Source of the DNA: Felis catus
Taxonomy: Eukaryota
Direction: 5' to 3'
DNA length: 64,000 bases
Assembly (NCBI RefSeq): GCF_018350175.1
Contig: NC_058381.1
Coordinates: forward strand, 56,854,001-56,918,000
The notes below the pieces were generated by a model. The model had not been told where the DNA came from, made no database searches, and was given only the letters and a program-made list of their open reading frames with translations. This document shows, piece after piece, positions 38,601 to 52,939 of the stretch; within the stretch, counting starts at the first letter, position 1, and each line of letters opens with the position of its first letter. The position numbers and the translations under genes are program-made.

Positions 38601-41600
38601 CTGTCTCTTTCTCTCTCAAAAATTAAAAGACAAAAAAAAAAAAAATGAGTAGGTCACGTTTGTCCCTTTTTTCCCAACGCTGGAGAAGTCCTTTACAGGT
38701 TGAATTAAAAGAGAGAGAGAATCCTCAAAGTCGATTCCTAGAAGGCATACTTGGCATTCTATTTAAGGTATTGTTTGACTGTAATACATTGACCTGTTAT
38801 ATTTTAGCATGTACATTGCCGTTTTTATCCAGCCTTTCCCATGGTCCTTCTACACAGCCTCTGTCTTCATTGGGATCGCAGCTGCTGGTAAGCATCTTGA
38901 TGCTTATTTTCTCTGTCTTCTGGGATTTATCTAAGAGTGTCATGTGTTTAGTACGTAAAGCTAAGTGATGACATTCTCTTGATAACCTTTCGGTTTGAAT
39001 TTTAGTGCTTTGGACGGCACAAGGAAATTGCCTGACAATAAATTCAGATGAGCACACTATCGGGAGAAACAGTGGGATTTTCTGGGCACTCTTACAATCT
39101 AGGTAATAGTCCTTCTGGAGCTTAATCTTTCCTTTAATTATTTTGCCACACCATTTTTTAGATCTTTGCTGTATTGAAAATTCAGGTCTTCCGTGTTACA
39201 TGACTTGAGTTTGTAGCTGCATATGATTCAAATTTAAAATTTTACGGAATTACATAAAACGCATGGACCTACCTCATTGTAATTCATGATGAGTAAATAG
39301 AAAATAATACTAATACTAACCATAACGTATTTAGCGCCTGCTATATTTCAGGCAGGGACTGTTGGCTTCATGACTAAATTTCAGTAATCCTCACCACGTC
39401 ATGACACCAGAAAGTATTATCTCTGTTCTACAGATGAGAAAACAGAGGCCTAAAAGTGCAGTAACTGATCTGATTTAAGCCATCCTTACCTGGATTCCAA
39501 AGACCATGGCCTTCCCACTGAGCTACACCTGATAGCTATTAACAAGTATGTTGAAATTCAAAAGTGAGGGGCGCCTGGCTGGCTCAGTCAGTAGAGCATG
39601 CAACTCTTGATCTCAGGGTTGTGAGTTCAAGTCCCACGTTGGGTGTAGAGTTACTGAAAAATAAATACGTTTTATTTAAAAAACTTCAAAAGTGAGTCCA
39701 ATTATATCAACACTGAGCAACATACAGCATGTTATATATTTCCTAAGTAGAAAGCAAAAACAGTCATTTTATCATGGAATCTGTCCTGAGGATTTACCCT
39801 CATGGATATCACCCCAAATTGGGGTGTTGGTAAGGTTTCACAAATGCAGATGTTTAGTGTAAGGCGGGGGGGGGGGGGGTCTATGTTAAGAAACCGGAGT
39901 GTAAGCGAAAGGTTCTTTCTCCGGGAAAGTATGTTAAGTAAAGCATCTGATTAGATGCAGGTGACTAAATCATGGATTTTTTTTTTTTTTTTTTGGAGAT
40001 TCTTTAAAATATAGGATTTGAGAAGTAGCATCAGCCTGCTTCCACATAGTCATTTCCAGAGTGCCAATAAATCACATGTTTCAGAGCGAGTCAAGTCTTT
40101 GTAGGGTGGTTCTGAATCAGGTTACTGTCACGTGGGAGGAGACTGAATTCCATCTGGGTCAGTGACAGTTTTCAGAAAAGGGTCAAGGTGGCGTCGATAA
40201 TGATCCAGGCCGCCGGTAGCTACTTTTAAAATTATATATGCCCCCTCCCCTCTTTTTAACAAATAATGGAAACATTGCTTTAAAAACTGTAAATGTGGAA
40301 ATAAGTCCTCAACATCCTCTTCTCCCTTTTCTTCCCCCAGCTTGTTCTTTGGAAATCTCTACATATATTTTGCTTGGCAAGGGAAAACTCACATATCAGG
40401 TTTGTTTATTCACTTTGCTTTATTCAGACATGTTCGAATACATCCGCAAAGTATCCATTATTGCTTTGTTCATATCGTGGCAGTGAACCGTGCTGCCTGA
40501 AGTCCTCTCAGATTTTACCTGTCAGTAACTTTTTTTCCTTGTATTAAGCCAGGATTTTAGTGCGTGGCCTGTGCCTCAAGCAGCATCTCGAGGTACAGAA
40601 GGTTATGCTGTGTATGACCATAATGTTAGACTTTTGTACGCTTCTTTGCCTACAGAGTATGATTAAAACTCTTGTGCTGTTTTTCTTTTGGCTTATTGGT
40701 ATTCCTTTAAACTGAAAGACAAAGGTGGAGGTATTCTATTTAGTTCTTTATTTGAGATTTTCACTAACGCAGGAAAGTAAACATTTAACGAGGAAATGTT
40801 TGGATGGTCATAGACAGCTTCTGAACACAATGCGGACTCTGAAGTTGTGCGCGGTTGGTGCTATGTGCTTTCTTCTTTTTTTTTTCTCCAGAGAGTGACC
40901 GAAGGACAGTGTTTATTGCCCTGACAGTGATTAGCCTGGTGGGGACAGTTCTTTTCTTTCTCATTCGGCAACCAGAGTCTGAAAATGTCCTGGGAGAAGA
41001 TGAGTCTTCTGATGACCAGGACCTGGAAGTCAACGAGTAAGAAGTTGGCATGTTCCTTTCTATCTAGAAAAAAACAAAAACATGTATACGTATACGTGTA
41101 TATATAAATGTTTATTTTTTTAATTTTTTTTTAACATTTATTCATTTTTGAGAGACAGAGCACAAGCGGGGGAGGGGCAGAGAGAGAGAGAGAGAGAGAG
41201 AGACACATAATCCGAAGCAGGCTCCAGGCTCCGAGCTGTCAGCACAGAGCCCGACATGGGGCTCAAACTCACAAACCGCGAGATCATGACCTGAGCCGAA
41301 GCCGGACGCTTAACCGACTGAGCCACCCATGCACCCCTATTAATGTTTATTTTTAAGAGAGAGAGACAGAGCGCAAGCAGGGAAGGGGCAGAGAGAGAAG
41401 GAGACACAGAATCCAAAGCAGGCCCCTGGCTCCAAGCTGTCAGCACAGAGCCCGACATGGGGTTCAGACTCACAAACCGTGAGATCATGACCTGGGCCGA
41501 AGTCGGACACTTAACCAACTGAGCCACCCAGGCGTCCCAATATTTATTTATTTTTGAGAGAGACAGAGAGACAGAGTGTGAGCAGGGGAGCAGCAGAGTG

Positions 41601-44600
41601 AGAGGGAGACACAGAATCTGAAGCAGGCTCCAGGCTCCGAGCTGTCAGCACATGGGGTTCGAACTCACAAACCGTGAGATCGTGACCTGAGCCAAAGTCA
41701 GGCACTTAACTGACTGAGCCACCCAGGTGCCCCCAAAATATATTTTGAGTAGAGCTAGTTTTGGGATTAGTAACCTTTTCGTAGTCCTAACTGATAATCC
41801 AACATTGGGCAGGAAAAAGTTTTATTTGTATTTATTTATTTTTTTAAGTAGGCTCCATGTCCAATGTGGGTCTCGAACTCATGACCCTGAGATCCTGAGA
41901 TCAAGAGTTGCAGGCTGTACTGACTGAGCCAGCCAGGTGCCCTGAGGAAAGAGTTTTAAAGCCAAGAGAATGAAGATAAAGGGTAGCTCTGGGGAGGAGG
42001 AAGGGAGAGGCAGAAGAGGGAGGGGGAGAGCCTACAGGGGATTTGAGCCCAATCCCAGGTTGCGGCTGACAAGTTATATGACCCTGGACAGTAGCAATAA
42101 TCCCCTTAGTTCCTCTGGGTCTCAGTTTCCTCCTTCAGTTCAGCCGGTGTCCCGTGTGTTTTAATGTGCAAAGATAACAGCCTTATCAAGTTACATTGGA
42201 GACAGTTTTTGCCCTCAGTTACGGTTTGCGTGGTCCAACCCCTAAAATTCCCCCATTCCTGTGGCACATGTGAGTGGCAGGGCCATCAACAGTTGGTCAC
42301 ACCCAGTCTCTTACGTGAGGTGCCTGGTTTTGTGCTAACCTATACAGGTGGGTGGTCTTCCCCAGGGTGGTCCCAGTGGGGAAACAAGTAAATGGCCTGT
42401 GTTTTTCTACAAACTGTGAATTAACTTGAGCATATTTCAGTTATAAGTAAAACTAAAACATCACAGACAATTTCTCTGCAGGTACCATCCAGGTTGGAGG
42501 AGAAGGAAATGAGAAATCTTTGCCAGGCTCGCTTTGCTTTGTGTGTGAGTCAGTAAATTGTGAAGATTGCCTTATCGCTCTTCCTGTATTGTTAGAACGT
42601 TTGCACGGGGTGTTCTGTGCTGCCTTGTTAATCCCCCAAAGGCCTAAACCTCTCCAGTCATCGGTTCGTTAAGCACTCAAAATTTCACTGTTTGTTTAAA
42701 GCAAAAGAGAGGCGTGACCTTGGTTTGAACATGTGTATTTATGCGTGTGTATGTGTACATATGTACATATATATATAACGTGTACATATAACGTAAACTG
42801 TATATGTATATACCAAGCATAAACTGATAGATGTTGGAGATTCTGTCAACGTGAACACCACAGATTCAGCGAAAATTAAACACCTGTTCTTTTTTTTTTT
42901 TTTTTCTCAACGTTTATTTATTTTTGGGACAGAGAGAGACAGAGCATGAACGGGGGAGGGGCAGAGAGAGAGGGAGACACAGAATCGGAAACAGGCTCCA
43001 GGCTCTGAGCCATCAGCCCAGAGCCCGACACGGGGCTCGAACTCACGGACCGCGAGATCGTGACCTGGCTGAAGTCAGATGCCCAACCGAGTGCGCCACC
43101 CAGGCGCCCCTGAACACCTGTTCTTTTAGCAAATGTCAGCTGTGTGTGCTGTGCAGACAAAAAGAATCCCCTCCCTTTTTCTAGGGAACTTCCCCGATGG
43201 AGGATCGTGTAACTGATAAGGCACAGTACTGAGGAGTGCTGATCAGCCTTTTTAGCATTTTCTCTTCCTGAAGCGTCTCCCCAACTTGAAGCTTCCTTGT
43301 CTCTAGTCTATAAACAGCACCGACTCTCTGCCAGCCCCCCTCTCAACCTGAGGGATACCGCAGCGAACAAGACCGAGAAGTCCCTGGTCTGGAGGGACTT
43401 CATTTTAGAGGGGGTGTAGACTCCATGTGTGTAAAACTGCAAAGGAAATGCTAAGAAGGCAGCGAAAGGGGATTGGGGGTGGGGAGCTGGGTGGCTCCCT
43501 GCGGCCTGACTGGGGAGGAGGGACGATCAGCTGATGGCCACTGATTGCCAAGACCAGGTGGTAGACGGGTGTGGTGTGTGCCGGGGCTGCAGGGAGGCCC
43601 GTGGGAGTCAGCCCGGGGAGGGAGTAGAGGTAGGAGTGTCTGCAGCAGGCAGGGATTCCGTTCTGGGAAGCGGAGACAGGAGTTTCTGGGTGTGATTGGA
43701 AGCCACTGAAGGAGGGGCGCCTGGGGGGGCTCCGTCGGTTAAGTGTCTGACTTCGGCTCAGGTCATGATCTCGAGGTTCACAACCAATGTTAGAACGTTT
43801 TTATCACCCTCCTCCCAGAGAATCCTGTACCTCTTAGCAATCCAGGATGAGAAAATAGAAATCTAAAACAGAGCAGGCTACAGAAGCATGGGCTTGAGGT
43901 GGGGGGGCGGGGATGCCTCGCAATTCTAGGATACAGTAGTCACGTGTATGTAATTGATATGACATGCACGTAAAATTGTAGATGGAGTTGCCAGAGAAGG
44001 CTGAGAAGGTAACATTTAAGACGTAGGGACGAAAAACCATGTTCCCTCCACTCTTTCGTGTTCTTAGCTGAGACCCCCGTAATAAAAGATGAACGAGGGG
44101 AAAAATGCAATCAGAAACTTATTAACACGTATGGTCCGTGTAGACATGAAGAAACCCCAGGGGAAAATGAGTGATTTCCCAGGATGGCTCAGAATTTAGG
44201 CATTAAATACCCGTCTAAATCGGGAAAGGGGAGGAGGATAGAGGCGTCTTAGGGGAGAGTGATTTCTCGGAAGGAGGAGCGGACCCTTGCAAGAATAGAT
44301 GGGAGACATAGTTTGTGACAAGCTGTCCATGTCTGGTCTCCCCTCTGGTGACAAGAGTCCATCTTCCCTATGTGATGAAACTTCCGGAGGTGATTTGTAA
44401 CATTTGGGTTCCTTCTAGAGGATCTGTCTTTAGGCAGATGAGGGGAGTTCCGAGAAAGCCTGTCCCCCCATGTGCTGTTTTGCTCGTGCCTACCGCTCGA
44501 CCTAATCAGTGTTCCAAAGCGGCATGTTTTGGGGTGACCCGTTCTGCCAGTCTTCAAAGTCAGGACCTTAAAGAGGTAGGCTGGGCATGAGATGGGAAGG

Positions 44601-47600
44601 TGTTGAAGGGCTTGAGAGGGGTTCGCAGTGATCGTACTCTGCCCGCTCCGTTCCTTGCAGGACCTGGGGGTCGTCTTATTTCAGAATTCTACTAGAAATG
44701 GCTTCCTTTAACAGGTCATTGGTTTGCACCCGAGTGCTGGCTGGCTCGCTTGTATTGTAACAGGCTAGAGAGCATATAAATCAGTTCCTAACTTATTTGG
44801 GTACTGAAATGTAAAATACTAAAATCCTACATCCGAGCCTATCCATCTACAAGCCGTCCTATCAGTTATTTGGAATCTGAAGAGTATTTGCCTCCAGGCA
44901 AGGCACGCGTTTTTATGGTGAAGAAAGAGGTTTTCCTGTCCGTTAGAACAGACTACCTTTTTTGTGTCAGTAATTCATTTATATAAGTCAACTGGATCTC
45001 CATGAGGCTGCTTCTTTTTTTTTTTTTTTTTTGTAAGTAATGTTATTTAAAGGGGTGCCTGGTGGCTCAGTCGGTTAAGTGGCCGACTTTGGCTCAGGTC
45101 ATGGTCCCACGGCTCATGGGTTTGAGCCCTACATCGGGCTCTGCACTGACAGCGTGGAGCAGCCTGCTTGGGATTCTCGCTCTCTCCCTCTCTCTCTGCC
45201 CCTCCTCTGCTCGCACTTTCTCTCAAAATGAATAAGTTAAAACTTTAAAAATATATTATTGTTTAAAGGTGCCAGAGAAGTGTGGGGCACCTGGGCGACT
45301 CAGTTAAGCGTCTGACTTCGGCTCAGGTCGTGATCTCATGGCTCCTGAGTTGGAACGCCGTGTTGAGCTCTGTGCTGACAGCTCGGAGCCTGGATCCTGC
45401 TTCGGATTCTGTTGTCTCCTTCTCTCTCTGCCCCTCCCCCACTTGTGCTCTGTCTCTCTCTATCAAAAATAAATAAACGTAAAAGAAAAAAAAATTTAAA
45501 GTAGTCAGAGTGGGGGCACCCGGGTGGCTCAGTCGGTTAAGCTTCCGACTTCGGACGCTTCAGGTCATGATCTCACGGTGTGTGGGTTCAAGCCCCATGT
45601 TGGGCCCTGTGCTGACAGCTCAGAGCCTGGAACCTGCTTCGGATTCTGTGTCTCCCTCTCTCTCTGCCCCTCCCCCACTTGCACTCTGTCTCTCTCTCTC
45701 TCTCTCAAAAATAAACGTTAAAAAAATAACAAAGTAGAGCGGAGGGAAATTGAATTTTTACTAGTTGTTTTTACAGTATGAAAATAGCAGGGTGGGGAGA
45801 CTTCTGTCCCGCCTGAAGTATCCTTTCTGAACAGGACGTGTGTGGATGTGAGCCACAGATTTAGCATGAGAGAATCGGGTTTGGACGCTCTCCCCTCGTC
45901 CTCTGCAGCGAGGACAGGGTCCCATATTGTGCGGCAACGGAAATATCTGCCAGACCTCGTAGAGGACGGTGTTGTGACAAACGTCGGTGAAAACGCGATC
46001 GCTGTTTTGTTCCCTTTACAGCTTTCAGGGGAAATCACTTTGATCTCTTGTTTTTATGTTTTCAGGTCTGCCCAGAACACCATGGCAAAGGCAGTAGACG
46101 CCTTTAGTAAGTATTAGAAAACACTGGGTCTGAAATGCCAGAGCTGTTCGGGGACAACTGCGACATTTGCCTTTCCCCCTCCCCCCGCTAACTTTGGATT
46201 GACGATCCCCCAGGGTTTCCGTGTCTCCAGGTATGCCGCCCCGGAGCGTGCTAGTCTTCTCAACCAGTACCTCTGGAACTGGGGGGGCGCGTGGGGTGGA
46301 CGGGGCCCTGCAGGGGTGGCGCGGGGAGGGCCAGAGTGCTCGGGGGCCGGAGCTCGACTCCAGGAGGCGAGGACGCACCGGCCGTCCCCTCAACCGAGTC
46401 TGTTGGTGCGGTCGTGCTCCTCCGCGGAGGGCTCTTCCCGGCCAGGCCTCCCTCCGTGTTCACGTCGTGTCCTTCCTCACGACGGTTCTGTGTCATACAG
46501 CGCATGCCTGTCATTCTCTCCATTTGATGGAAGAGGAAACCGAGGCTCAGAGAAATGATTTACCCAAGGTCAAGTAGCTAGGACGCGGCCGAGCTGGGAT
46601 CGGAGCCCAGAGGGTGTGACCGGCAAAGCCAGTGATTCCCGTAACGGTCATCTTGTGCCTCCTTCAGAAAGCGGCAGATGCGGCTTCCGATTCTAATAAG
46701 GCCTGATGTGGGCCAGTCCTTTGCTTCTGCCTGGAGCCCTCGCAGCCTCTTTGTCTCCCAAGGAGAGACTCTGACGCCGTCTAGAAGGGAACAGCCTTTT
46801 GGGGCCACGTTGTTTCAGTTAGGACCCTGGGCCTTTGGCTCTTCTGTGCTTGTGGCCAGCCGACAGGTTGCCTCGGGCCAGGGTGCAAATTCTTGGTCGA
46901 ATCGGCCATGGCCTAAGTCAGATGGCCGAAAGCACCCAACTTTTAGCCAGCAATTCCTGTAGTCTCCTTTTCTAGAAAGGGCTTGTGGGGTGTGGTATTC
47001 TGAGCTTTGAATATATGGCATATCATTGTTAAGGCTGTTTAATCAGGCTTTTATTGTACATATTTCTTACATTTCGGGAATGCGTTTGTAATTACAACTC
47101 GGGCTATCCATTATAATTAGAAAGGATGTAGCCTGCCTGTCCCCCAGCAGGATGGGAGGTCACTGCAGTCAGAAGTCTTGGCTCTCAGCTTTGCAGACCT
47201 AGAAAGTTGTCTGTCACGAGCGCCACCATCGATCAGAGGGGCCGGAGGGGAAAGGACTCAAGCTAAACCCACAGAAGTCGCAACTGAACCATTGATGATG
47301 GCATTTAATATGTTTTAGCGAGCCCCTTCATAGATACTCCCTTCTTGTGATCCGGGGCCCAGAAAGCCCCCTGTGGCTAACTTGGCGAGCCACGGAGTCG
47401 AGGGAAAGGGGCTTGCCTGGGTGATCTTCAGGCTTATGGGATGTTCCGTCCAGCCTTGGGTGAGGCTCGATGCAGCCCCCCTCTCCCTGGCTGCCTGTTG
47501 ACACCAGATTCAAGATGTCTCTCCTGGATGTACAGACTTTGCCTCAGCCTGTCCGTAAAATGAGGCGCGAACACGATTAGGGCCACACGGTTTCGTCATG

Positions 47601-48173
47601 GAACTAGTTGGTTGCTGAGCAGGGTTCAGGACTGATGAGATGTTGTGCTGTCTAGTTTGGGGAGAAAGGAGGGGCAGCCAGAAAGGTGCTACAGGGCAGG
47701 CGGTTTGAGGAGCCGGTTCCTGGGCCGTGGGGAGCAGCGGGAGGCAACGAGGTGGCGCGGAAGCCAGAGAGAGCACAGAAAGAAGAGTGTCCAAGCTTTA
47801 AGTCATCTGTCATCCGTTGTTTACTCATCAGATGCCTTCAGTTGATGCTGTGATGAATGGGGGGCAGAAACGGTTTCTGTTCATCTAAAAAGCACTTCAT
47901 TCCTCAGCTGGACGTGTATGTTTAATGGGATTCTGGAACACTTCATTGAAATTTTTAAAAATTTATTTCTCGGTCTTGAAGAAACAATCCTGAAGTCCCT
48001 CTGGAAGCAAAAATGTCTGAGAATAGCCAAGAGCATTTTTGAAAAGGATTTAACGGGCGCCTGGGTGAGCGTCCCAACTCTTGATTTGGGCTCAGGCCAT
48101 GATCCCAGCGTTGGTGGGATCGAGCCCCGCGTTGGGCTCTGTGCTGAGCGTGGAGCCTGTTAAAGATTCTCTC

Positions 48174-48213
<40 letters not shown>

Positions 48214-49342
48214 CCTCCTCCTTCCTCTCCCCTCCTTCCTCTCCCCTCTTCCCCACTCAAGCTTGCTCGCTCTCTAAAAGTAAAAAATAAAAATAAAAAG
48301 GACTTTCCCTAATAAATGTTAAATTCTGTGAATTCATTTGAAGACTTTGGAGTAGAAGGAGCAGCAGAACTAAAGTCTAGAATGAGGCCCATGTCCGCAA
48401 TACAATAAATACAACAAAAGAAACTCTTAAGCAAAGTTAGGGAGCAGACAGTGTAGAAAAATATAGACTCAAACTTTATATATCCTAACGTTCCAGGTGG
48501 ATCCGATGTAAAAATGAAACTACAAAAGTAATTGGAGAGACTAATTGGGTAGAGCAATGCCTTTTAAACAGGTCATTCAGACAATAAGGGAAAAGAATGC
48601 CCTTTTAAAGTTGCTTAAAGTGTAAAACTTCAGTGTATCAGAACAACCTAACGGAGTTAAAATGGCAGGGAAAATATTTGTTTAAGTAGAAGAAATGCAA
48701 ATTTAAAAGTGTTCCATCAAAAAAGAAAGTTTTCCATCAAATTTCAAAAGATAAAAATAATAATCGTCTGTATTATGGATGGTGAGTACTTAACACGCAT
48801 AAGACCATGCTGCTGATGGGAATACATATTTGTATTATTTTCTTTAAATTTTTTTTCTTTAACATTTATTTATTATCGAGAGACAGAGAGACACAGAGCA
48901 TGAGTAGGGGAGGGGTAGAGAGAGGGGGAGACAATCCGAAGCAGGCTCCAGGATCCGAGCTCACAGCACAGAGCCCGACGCAGGGCTCAAAGTCATGACC
49001 TGAGCCAAAGTCGGTTGCCTAACCAACTGAGCCACCCAGGTGCCCCCGTTCGTATTATTTTCTGAAGAGCAATTTGTCTGCAAGTGTCAGAAGCCTTAGA
49101 AATATTTGTACCTTTACCCCAGCAATTCCACGAATAAGATTATCCTCAGGAAATAACTAAGCATTTTTTTCAAGATTTAATTACTAAGATGTTTATGTAA
49201 GTGATTTAAGTGTTCAACTACAAGGCGTCATTTTGTACATCTATACGACAGATTATCCTAGCCATAAAAATGATCTTGATGCATGTTAGGAAATATTTGC
49301 TCTCTTATGTGAAAACAAACTTAGAAATAGTGTATCTGTATA

Positions 49343-49374
<32 letters not shown>

Positions 49375-52300
49375 CTACATAGTATATACATATACTATAT
49401 ATATATATACTTATATACAGTAAAATTTGTGTTTATTTTAATTATTTTTTTTAAGCTTTATTTAGTTTTAAGAGAGAGAGAGCCAGCATGAGTGGGGGAG
49501 GAGCAGAGAGAGGGAGACACAGCATCCGAAGTAGGCTCCAGGCTCTGAACTGTCAGCACAGAGCCCGATGCGGGGCTCACATTCACAAACCGTGAGATCA
49601 TGACCTGAGCCGAAGTCGGACGCTCAACCGACTGAGCCACCTAGGTGCCCTGTAAAATTTGTTCTTTAAAAAAACTTTTAAGTCTGGACGGAGACCTATT
49701 ATTTAGATTGTGGGTTTTTTTCCTTAATAGAATAGCTTTATTGAGCTGTAATTCACACGCTATATGATCAGCCACTTAAAGGGTACAATGTGCACCTCTA
49801 ACCACAGACGGTTATAGAACCTGTCCACCCCAGAAGGAATTTCTGTACCCATTAGCATTCACTTCCTTTTCCTCCCCACTCCCCCCGTCCCTTACCCTAG
49901 GCATCCATTAATCCACTTTCCATCTCGAGCTTCGCCTCTCCTGGACATCACGTCGTACGAATAGAGTCATACTATGTGCGCTCTTTTGTGACCTGGCTCT
50001 CAGCGTCATGGTGTCGAGTCTCGCCCGTGTTCTAGCGCGTTATAAACAACGGGCTGTTTGTACTTCGTAGGTGGCACGAGTCACGCTGCTGTGAACATTC
50101 GTGTCCAGGTTTTCGCCTGGACGTTCGTCTGCACATCTCCGTGCACGCACTTGGTAGGAGTTGGGTTGCTCGCTCCCGTGGTCGCTGGGTTCAGCCTTCT
50201 GAGGAACCAGCAGATGTTTTCTCGCGCGGCTGCACCATTTTACGTTCCCACCGGCAGTGTCTGAGGCTTCCGGTTTCTGCACGTCCTTGAGTTACTATCT
50301 TTCTGTTGACAGCTGTCCAAGTGGGTGCAAAGTGTCATCCTGTGGTTTTGATTTGCATTTCCCTAGTGGCTAAGGACGTGGAGCATATTTTCACATGCTT
50401 GCGGGTCATTTGCATCACGCCTCTAGAGAACCGTCTACTCGGGTCCTTTTCCCAGCTTTTAATTGGAGTGTCTTTTTATTATTATTGAGTTGTAAGAACT
50501 CTTTATATATTCCGTATAAAAAGTTCCATATATATGTGATTTGCAAGTATTTTCTCCCATTCCTTCGATTGATTTTTCGTTTTCTGATGTTGTCTCTTAA
50601 ACCACAAGAGCCCTACATTTTTGACGTAGGCTGACTTATCTGTGTTACCTTTTGCATGTGTCTTTGGTGTCCTCAGAAGGTTTTGCCTGACCCCTGGGTC
50701 ACAAAGATTTGCTCCTGTGTTTTCTTCTAAGGGTTTTATGCCTGTAGCTCTTCCCTTCAGGTGGAGGGTCCATTCTGAGTTCATTGTCGTGTGCGTTGTG
50801 AGGGAGGAGTCCAACTTCATTCTGCATGGGGCCACGTGGTTGTCCTGCTGAAAAGACGGTTCTTCCGCATTGAATCGTATCGGCGCCCTTGTTGAAAACC
50901 CATTGACTGTATACGGCAGAGTTTATTTCTAGACGTACATGTCTGATCTGACGCCAGTAATCCACTGATTACTGTCAAGCTTTGAAGTTGGGAAGCGTGA
51001 GCCCTCCAACTTTGTTCCGTTTCAAGATTGTGTTGGCTGTTGTGAGCCCCTGGAATTGCCATGTGAATTTTAGGATCGGTGTGTCTGTTTCTGTAGATAG
51101 ATGATGTGTTGTTGTTGTTATTGTTCGTAGACTTCATTTTTCAGAGCCGTTTTAGGTTCACAGCAAAACTGAGGAAAGTTCCCATAGCCCCCCCCCCCCC
51201 CGTCTTGTGCGCAGCCTCCCCTACTCGAGTGGCATAGTTGATGAACCTGCGATCACCCGCAGTCATCCTCCTGAATCCACAGCTCACATGGGGGCACGCT
51301 TTTGGAGGTTGTACCTCTTACAGGTTGGGACAAATGCGTAATGACACGTAGCTGCGGTTATAGTATTATTCTGGATTATGTTTTAAAATTTCTTTTTGTT
51401 AAATCTTCCGATCTTTCAGAAACGAACGTGCTTTGCTAATATAATTATTTTTTATTAAAAATGATTGTTTTGGGGCACCTGGGTGGCTCAGTCGATGTAG
51501 CGTCAAGCTCTCTGTTGTGGCTCAGATCATGATCCCACAGTTTGTGAATTCAAGCCCCATGTCAGGTCCTGTGCTGACAGCGTGGAGCCTGCTTGGGATT
51601 CTCTCTCTCTGCCCCTCCCCTGCTCATGCTGTCTCTGTTTCTCTCAAAATAAATGAATAAACTTAGAAAAAATAATTGTTTTAGGGGTACCTGGGAGGCT
51701 CAGTTGGTTAAGTGTCTGACTTCAGCTCAGGTCATGATCTCACAGTTCGTGGGGTTGAGCCCCACGTCAAGCTCTGTGCTGACAGCCAGGAGCCTGGAGC
51801 CTGCTTCGGATTCTGTGTCTCCCTCTCTCTCTTCCCCTCCCCCGCTCTCTCTTTCTCTCAAAAAATGAAAAACATTAAAAAAAAGGAAAACAATTGTTTT
51901 AAACATCATACTGATGGTGTAGTTTTCCTGGAAATACATGCAAGTAGTGAAATGTCTCACTGTATTAGTCTCACCATATTTTAGTGAAATTCGAGAACAG
52001 GGTATCCTCTTCTGCAGGTGGTGACATTCGGGACTGTGCGTACGTGTCTTGTGTAACGTTTGTAGTCAGCTGTCGAGCGAGAACTAAAATCTGGATTGAC
52101 TATTCATTGAAGACACTAGGTCATTGGCCTCAAATTATGAAATGTGAGCAGGTTCAAAAATACGGCTAAAATACAGTTTGTGTGGGGCACCGGGGTGGGT
52201 GGCTCAGTCACTTCAGGGTCTGACTCTTGGTGTCGTCTCAGGTCATGATCTCACGGTTCGTGAGTTTGAGCCCTGCGTTGGGCTCCGTGCTGGCAGTGTG

Positions 52301-52908
52301 GAGCCTGCTTGGGATTCTCTGTCTGTCTCTGTGCCCCTCCCCTGCTTGGTCGTTTTCTCTCTCTGTCTCTCTCTCTCTCCCTCTCTGTCAATAAATAAAT
52401 TTAAAAGAATACACAGTTTGTAGACATGCATTTTCCGTTGCAGATTTCAACTGCGTTGAACAGCATAAAAACAGACATTAAAGTGGTCGTAAACAAACAC
52501 GAAGAACTAAAGTTTCAGTCCTCAGATCTAGAGAACTGAGAATTGCAGAAGTGGTGTCGCAGCCTCTGTCTGCTCAGAAAGCTCCCTCCCTGATCTAGTC
52601 CAGTCTTCAAGCCGCTCTGTGATAATTCCTCGGGTACATTAGCGCTTTGCCAGCTGTGGACTCAGCCTAACCTTCAGTCAAGTCCGTTGAAATAAGTCTC
52701 GTTTTGTTTGATTCTATTTGTTTTCTCCGTTTCGTGTTGTTTTTTGAAATCCGAGCTGGAGAGTGTTGGGGGGGAAAACACAACTCTAGAATGTATTTAC
52801 GCAGCTGAAATAAACATTTTATTTAGAGGGCAGATGTAGTTCATCCCTTAAGCATCTGAATCATTAACCTCTGTCCCACTTTTTTTTTTTTAGTGTTTGT
52901 TTATCTTT

Positions 52909-52939
<31 letters not shown>

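Noticed and set aside
42482-42544. Possible 63-nt cryptic poison exon in MFSD11 intron 7 (CAG acceptor, GTGAGT donor, in-frame TGA)
   Set aside because: Short pyrimidine tract and poor exonic donor context; such pseudo-exons are common and there is no supporting evidence
50040-51137. L1 ORF2-related ORFs as an active element or new system
   Set aside because: Multiple frameshifts and stops; decayed, 5'-truncated L1
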